The notes under the pieces are model-generated. The model did no database searches. It saw only the letters and a list, made by a program, of their open reading frames with translations, and had not been told where the DNA came from. From an uncultured Chloroflexia bacterium (GTDB lineage Bacteria; Chloroflexota; Limnocylindria; Limnocylindrales; CSP1-4), in contig CAVVJT010000007.1 in assembly GCA_963748625.1 (NCBI GenBank), forward strand, positions 864,001 to 928,000: 64,000 bases of DNA, read 5' to 3'. The first letter of the stretch is position 1; each line of letters starts with the position of its first letter. Shown one piece after another: positions 59,351-64,000 of the stretch. The position numbers were made by a program, and so were the translations under genes.

Positions 59351-62300
59351 TCAGGACGCGACGGCGACCGTGGTCGTGGTGCTGTTCGGGTTCCCCGCCG
59401 TGTCCTTGCCCGTCACCTTGACGGTCGCCGTGCCGGCGGGTCCCGTGCGGATGGTGAAGGTCGCCCGGTAGGCGCCGCTGGCAAGCTTGGTCGCGGTGAC
59501 CGTCACCGCGTTCCGGCCGGGCTGGGCGAACCGGACCACCGGCCGGCCCGCGAGGGGCTCCACGCTGCGGATGGTGACGGTGAGCGTCTGGCCCGCCTTG
59601 ACGGTGGCCGCCGACGGCGAGATCGCGAAGGCCGCGGCTCGCACGGAACGGGCGAGCTCCACGGTGCCGATGGTCGAGGTGACCGTGAGGCGGGCGGTGT
59701 AGACGCCCTGCGGCGCCCATGCGCCGTCCGCAAGACGGCCGTCCCAGGTCCACCGCCGGTCGCCCGCGCGCTGGTCCTTGCCGGTCCACACGGTACGCAC
59801 GAGCGCGCCGCGAGCGTCGTAGAGGCGCAGCTTCGTGGTCGCGGCGCGCGAGAGCCTCCAACTCAGCTGCGACTTGGCGAGGAGTGCATCGCCATCCTGG
59901 GGGTGGAAGCTGCCCGACCACCGGAGCGTGCTCGCCGTCCGGTCCACGGTGACCGGAGCCGTGACGGTGCGCCGGTTGCCGGCCGCATCGCGCACAGCGA
60001 CCTTGAACGTGTAGCGCCCATCGGCGACCGCCGCCCCCGACCGGGTCCGTCCATTCCAATTCCCTGACCAGCTGGTCAGGCCGTCCACGGCCCAGGAGCG
60101 GACGATCGTGGTGCCCTTGTAGATGCGCGCGACGCCTGTCGCCTTCTCGGTGCTCGACCAGGCCAGCGTCGCGGTATCCAGCGCCCCGTCACCGTTGGGG
60201 GCGAAGACACCGGGCGAGACGGTCGGCGCGATCGTCGGGGCCGTGGTGTCCACGGCGATGGTGTAGGCCTTCGCAACCCGGTTGCCGGCCGCATCGAATG
60301 CCGCGAGGGTGGCCGTGTAGCGGCCGTCGGCCACGCGGGCACCGGCGTCGTTCGTGCCGGCCCACGTCACCGCGGCGGTGGAGCCACCCCCGGCCACCGT
60401 CCGCACGACCGTCCCGGACGCGGCGGCGATCGTGACGGTCCATCGTGTGGCACCGCCGGTCGCCGCCAGCGCGAGCCTCGCCGTGTCGAGCGTGCCGTCC
60501 CCGTTGGGCGAGATGAGGGAGGTCGACGCCGAGGCCGCCGAGAACGTCGGGGCGACCGTATCCACCGTCACGGCATACAGCGCCAGTTGGGCCGCGGTCA
60601 CCGGTCGGGCGGACGGCGCCGTGGACATGGTGCCGCCGGCCCTGCCGACGAGCTGGAGCTGGTACCGGCCGTCCGGCACGCGGCTGCCGCCGACCCGTCC
60701 ATTCCAGGTGAAGCCGCGCGCGCCAGTACCGGTCGCGGGCACGTCGACGGTGCCCATCAGCTCGCCGTTGGCCCTGAACACCTTCAGGTCCAGGCTCTCG
60801 AAGGCCACCGCGCTGGTCCAGCGGATCCGCAGGCCGTCCTCGCTGCCGTCCTTGCCCGGCGAGAAGGTCCGCACAGCAACGGCGTCGGCTCCCGTCCCCG
60901 TTCCAGCGGTGCCGGCCGGACCGAAGTCCAGCTCCTTGATCCGGGCGTCGACGCGCGTGGTCGCCGGCGATCGGTACGGCTTGACGAATGCGGCCCCGCC
61001 CCCCGCAGCGGCGATCCACACGCCGCGTTCCACGAAGGAGACGGGCGACCATTCCCGGATCGGCTGGGTCACCTCGAACCAGGTGAAACCGTCCTCGGCC
61101 ACGGGTCCGCGGGTCACGGCCACGATCGTGCCCTCGGGCAGCGAGCCGAGGCGCACGGTCTCAGTGCCCGGCCCGGAGCGGTAGGCGAGACCGTCCTTCA
61201 CCACCCGCCCGAAGCCGCCGGCCTCGAGCTGGGGGTTGGCGGTCCAGACCTGGGGCGTCGTGTAGGTGCCCGTGTTGCCCTTGGTATCGCGGGCCCGGAC
61301 GCGGAAGGCATAGCCGTGCCCGTCCTTGCCAAGGTAGACCTCGGAGGTCGCCTTCGTGGCCGACAGCCAGTTGGCCCAGGCGCCGCCGTCAACCGAGACC
61401 TGCACGTCATAGGTCGCGATGGCGCTGACGTCCTTGCCGGCCCACGTCACCACGAACCCCTCGTCATCCTGGACGCCCGCCGTCGAGCGGATGCCGGCCT
61501 GGGGCGCGGACTTGTCCACCAGGAAGGACTCGGCAAAGGCGCGGTAGAGCTCCGCGTGGCCACCGTCGTAGCCCAGCGCCCACATGCCGGCACCCCGCAG
61601 GCCGTAGTCGTTCACCATCGCCAGGCGCAGCCTCGTGGACTGGGCGTCGTCGTACCAGACCTGGCGCCACCCGGTCACGCAGCCGTAGGTGTTCGTGCAG
61701 TTCTCGCGCTTGTAGGCGATGTAGGGGCTCTGTTCGACGCCATCCCAGCGACGGCCGTACTTCGTGACGAGCGGTGCCAGCGACTCGTAGTTGACGGCGG
61801 TGCTGTAGCCGTACTTGGCGCCGCTGCGGTTCTCGGCGCGCGGCTCGTCGGTGGTGGTGGACCAGGCGCGGCCGTACCACGGGAGGCCGAGGATGACCTT
61901 GCTGGGGGCAACGCGGGAGGTGTAGGCGCGAACGGTGTCCGTGAGGTCGTAGCTGCGGCCCGACAGCGGGTCGACGGAGCCCGACGAGCCGGACCCGCTG
62001 GTCCGGTAGTCATAGCCCATCACGAAGATCGCATCGGCGGCGCCGGATCCGACGGACGCCTCGAGCGGGTAGTTGCCGATGTAGCCGGTGGTGTCGTAGG
62101 TGAGCTGGTAGCCGCCCTTGATCCTGCCAAGCTCGCTGCGGATGGCCTTGAGCAGGGCGATGAACTCGCTCTCGTACCCTGAGGCGAGCGGTTCGAAGTC
62201 CAGGTTGATGCCGTCCGCGCCGCGGTCACGCACGGCGGCGGCGGCCTGCTTCGCAAGGTTCGCGCGCGCGGCCCGCGAACCGAGGAGCTCACGCTGGACG

Positions 62301-63319
62301 GATGCCTGCTTGGATGTCCAGGCGAAGACGCTGATGGTGAGCACGACACGCGTGCCCCGGGCATGGGCCTGGTTGATGACGCGGGTCATGCTGCTGCTGG
62401 TCCAGCCGCCCCAGCCCGTCGTGGCGGAGCCGTCGGCGTCCTTCTTGCGCAGGTTGCCGGCTGCATTGGCACCCACGGAGAAGTAGGCGATGGTGGAGAG
62501 CACGTCGTAGTTGAGCTTGCTCGATGCGTTGTTCAGCTCCCAGTACGGGAGGAAGCCGAACACCTGGCGCCGGAGGCCCGAGGCCGCGGCCGGATCGGCC
62601 GCGCCGGTGCCAGCGGGGGATCCAGCGACAGTCCAGGACGCGCCATCGGCTGTGGCAGGGGTGTCGGGGCCCGTGTCCGCCGGCGCGTCGACAGGCGCAT
62701 CGGGGATGGCGTCGAGGGTGGAGCCGTCAGGGCTGGCGTCGAGGGTGGGGCTGGTCACCGTGGCTCCCGCGCCCGGCTCGGACCAGATGCTGCCCTGGCG
62801 GGCTGCGGCCATGTCACGTCCGGTGACGCGGCCGGCGGGGAGGGCGGACGGCGCTCTGCCGCCAACCGGCCAGTCATCGTCCGCTCGGGGCGTGAAGCCC
62901 ACGGTGACGCGACCGCCCGGGGTGAAGTCGATGTCGTCGGCGGCGTGGGCCATGGCCTGCTCGTAGGCCGTGGAGGGGTCGGCGGTGTCGGGGATCGCGG
63001 TCGTCTGCTCAGGGATCGAACGTGCGGGGACGACGACGGCGGCAGGATCCGTGACGACCACCTCGACCGGGGCGGGTGGTGGCGCGGCCACAGCCCGATG
63101 CCCAGCGGCGCGATCAGCGGCGACCGGGGCGGTGGGAGCGCGATGGGGGGCGGCGGGGGCCTGCTGAACAGGCAGGACGGACGCTGCGAACAGCGCGACG
63201 AAGACAGCGCTACCGACGGTGCGCCAGCTCCCATGTGCCCTTGGGAGACGAGCCACGATCATCCTCACCTTGTATCCCGGCCTCACGAACTGGGGCTCGG
63301 AACCTGTCGGGCGGCCCAT
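59351..63319 (-). CDS. Secreted GH18 glycoside hydrolase with FN3, SH3-like and FlgD-Ig domains
   Basis: VFGFLPYW, DGINLDFE, FVMGYDY, ILGLPWYG, GAGMWALGYD; repeated SPNGDG..D and W.G....G..V.DGRY. Start may be at 63262. Confidence 0.85.
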   Translation of the reverse strand: MGRPTGSEPQFVRPGYKVRMIVARLPRAHGSWRTVGSAVFVALFAASVLPVQQAPAAPHRAPTAPVAADRAAGHRAVAAPPPAPVEVVVTDPAAVVVPARSIPEQTTAIPDTADPSTAYEQAMAHAADDIDFTPGGRVTVGFTPRADDDWPVGGRAPSALPAGRVTGRDMAAARQGSIWSEPGAGATVTSPTLDASPDGSTLDAIPDAPVDAPADTGPDTPATADGASWTVAGSPAGTGAADPAAASGLRRQVFGFLPYWELNNASSKLNYDVLSTIAYFSVGANAAGNLRKKDADGSATTGWGGWTSSSMTRVINQAHARGTRVVLTISVFAWTSKQASVQRELLGSRAARANLAKQAAAAVRDRGADGINLDFEPLASGYESEFIALLKAIRSELGRIKGGYQLTYDTTGYIGNYPLEASVGSGAADAIFVMGYDYRTSGSGSSGSVDPLSGRSYDLTDTVRAYTSRVAPSKVILGLPWYGRAWSTTTDEPRAENRSGAKYGYSTAVNYESLAPLVTKYGRRWDGVEQSPYIAYKRENCTNTYGCVTGWRQVWYDDAQSTRLRLAMVNDYGLRGAGMWALGYDGGHAELYRAFAESFLVDKSAPQAGIRSTAGVQDDEGFVVTWAGKDVSAIATYDVQVSVDGGAWANWLSATKATSEVYLGKDGHGYAFRVRARDTKGNTGTYTTPQVWTANPQLEAGGFGRVVKDGLAYRSGPGTETVRLGSLPEGTIVAVTRGPVAEDGFTWFEVTQPIREWSPVSFVERGVWIAAAGGGAAFVKPYRSPATTRVDARIKELDFGPAGTAGTGTGADAVAVRTFSPGKDGSEDGLRIRWTSAVAFESLDLKVFRANGELMGTVDVPATGTGARGFTWNGRVGGSRVPDGRYQLQLVGRAGGTMSTAPSARPVTAAQLALYAVTVDTVAPTFSAASASTSLISPNGDGTLDTARLALAATGGATRWTVTIAAASGTVVRTVAGGGSTAAVTWAGTNDAGARVADGRYTATLAAFDAAGNRVAKAYTIAVDTTAPTIAPTVSPGVFAPNGDGALDTATLAWSSTEKATGVARIYKGTTIVRSWAVDGLTSWSGNWNGRTRSGAAVADGRYTFKVAVRDAAGNRRTVTAPVTVDRTASTLRWSGSFHPQDGDALLAKSQLSWRLSRAATTKLRLYDARGALVRTVWTGKDQRAGDRRWTWDGRLADGAWAPQGVYTARLTVTSTIGTVELARSVRAAAFAISPSAATVKAGQTLTVTIRSVEPLAGRPVVRFAQPGRNAVTVTATKLASGAYRATFTIRTGPAGTATVKVTGKDTAGNPNSTTTTVAVAS

Positions 63320-63528
63320 GGTCGGGCGGGGCCGGATCTCGACAGGACGGTCAGACTACGCCCATCGGTCAGGAATCCCATCCCTACCTTGGTCCCAGTG
63401 GGGACTAGTACGGTGCGGACTGGTGGGGTCTGATGGGGCAGTTGCCGCCCAGCCCGAGATCATCCGCACGGGGACGGGAGCCACCGACGGTGCGGTGGGC
63501 CGTGCCGACACTGACGTTCTTGGATCGT

Positions 63529-64000
63529 CTAGTGGAGGGCCAGGTACAGGTTCGACGACTGTGCGGCGCCCGTGCTGTCGTCCGCCGAGACCCGCAGGCG
63601 CACGGTGCCCGTCGAGCTCTTCTTGAGTGTGATGGTGGCCTTGTAGACACGCGTGTCGGTCTTCCTCATCGCCACGCTCCACGAGCCGATGCCGGGCTGG
63701 TAGACCCTCAGGCGGGGCGCTCCGTCCAGGCTCTCCGCGCTGACAGCCGTGACCGTGATCCTCTGGCCGCGTGCTGGCGTGGCGTCCGAGCTGGAGATCC
63801 GGAAGGCATCCGCAGTGACCAGGGCCGACTGGGACACCGTCACGGACCCGTTGCCCGCCGACACGACCGAGCGGTACGTGCCGCGCGGAACCAGCGCCCC
63901 GGCATCGTTACGACCGTTCCAAGCGACGGCCTGTGAGCCGGCCTCCAAGGCCTCGGAGGAGCGCAGGGTCCGGACCACGACGCCGGACGCGTTGCGGATC
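63529..64000 (-). CDS. FlgD-Ig domain secreted protein, C-terminal part; begins beyond the right edge
   Basis: VAWNGRNDAGALVPRGTY; C-terminus resembles that of the GH18 protein (ITVTAVSAESL...YKATI). Confidence 0.7.
   Translation of the reverse strand, partial: IRNASGVVVRTLRSSEALEAGSQAVAWNGRNDAGALVPRGTYRSVVSAGNGSVTVSQSALVTADAFRISSSDATPARGQRITVTAVSAESLDGAPRLRVYQPGIGSWSVAMRKTDTRVYKATITLKKSSTGTVRLRVSADDSTGAAQSSNLYLALH

Overview
High-GC bacterial chromosome window; the gene style suggests Chloroflexota, possibly Limnocylindria (inference only). The left flank has a partial AAA/LuxR-type regulator, an ECF sigma factor, OsmC and a MoxR-DUF58-DUF4129 operon. An intact tRNA-Pro(UGG) (7368-7442, minus) has a divergent XerC/D-sized tyrosine recombinase just upstream. 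The most unusual feature follows: the 5' half of this tRNA, ending at the anticodon loop, recurs five more times (9560, 10673, 11967, 17560, 20401). Four of these copies sit in a ~170-200 bp site whose arm motifs keep fixed spacing. The sites divide 7.4-20.4 kb into small units, all but the first lacking an integrase, carrying lipoproteins, ECF sigma/anti-sigma pairs and membrane proteins. This looks like a tRNA-anchored, integron-like cassette array. An accessory region of beta-propeller lipoproteins, further ECF/anti-sigma pairs, gene relics, a putative R-S-E ADP-ribosyltransferase and two c-di-GMP-II-like riboswitches extends to about 48 kb. Housekeeping and envelope genes close the window (K+ channel, rdgB, rph, mazG, PPIase, Wzm/Wzt-like ABC, DUF3048, GT2, GH18-FlgD). 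All family assignments are from motifs read by eye; no database searches were run.
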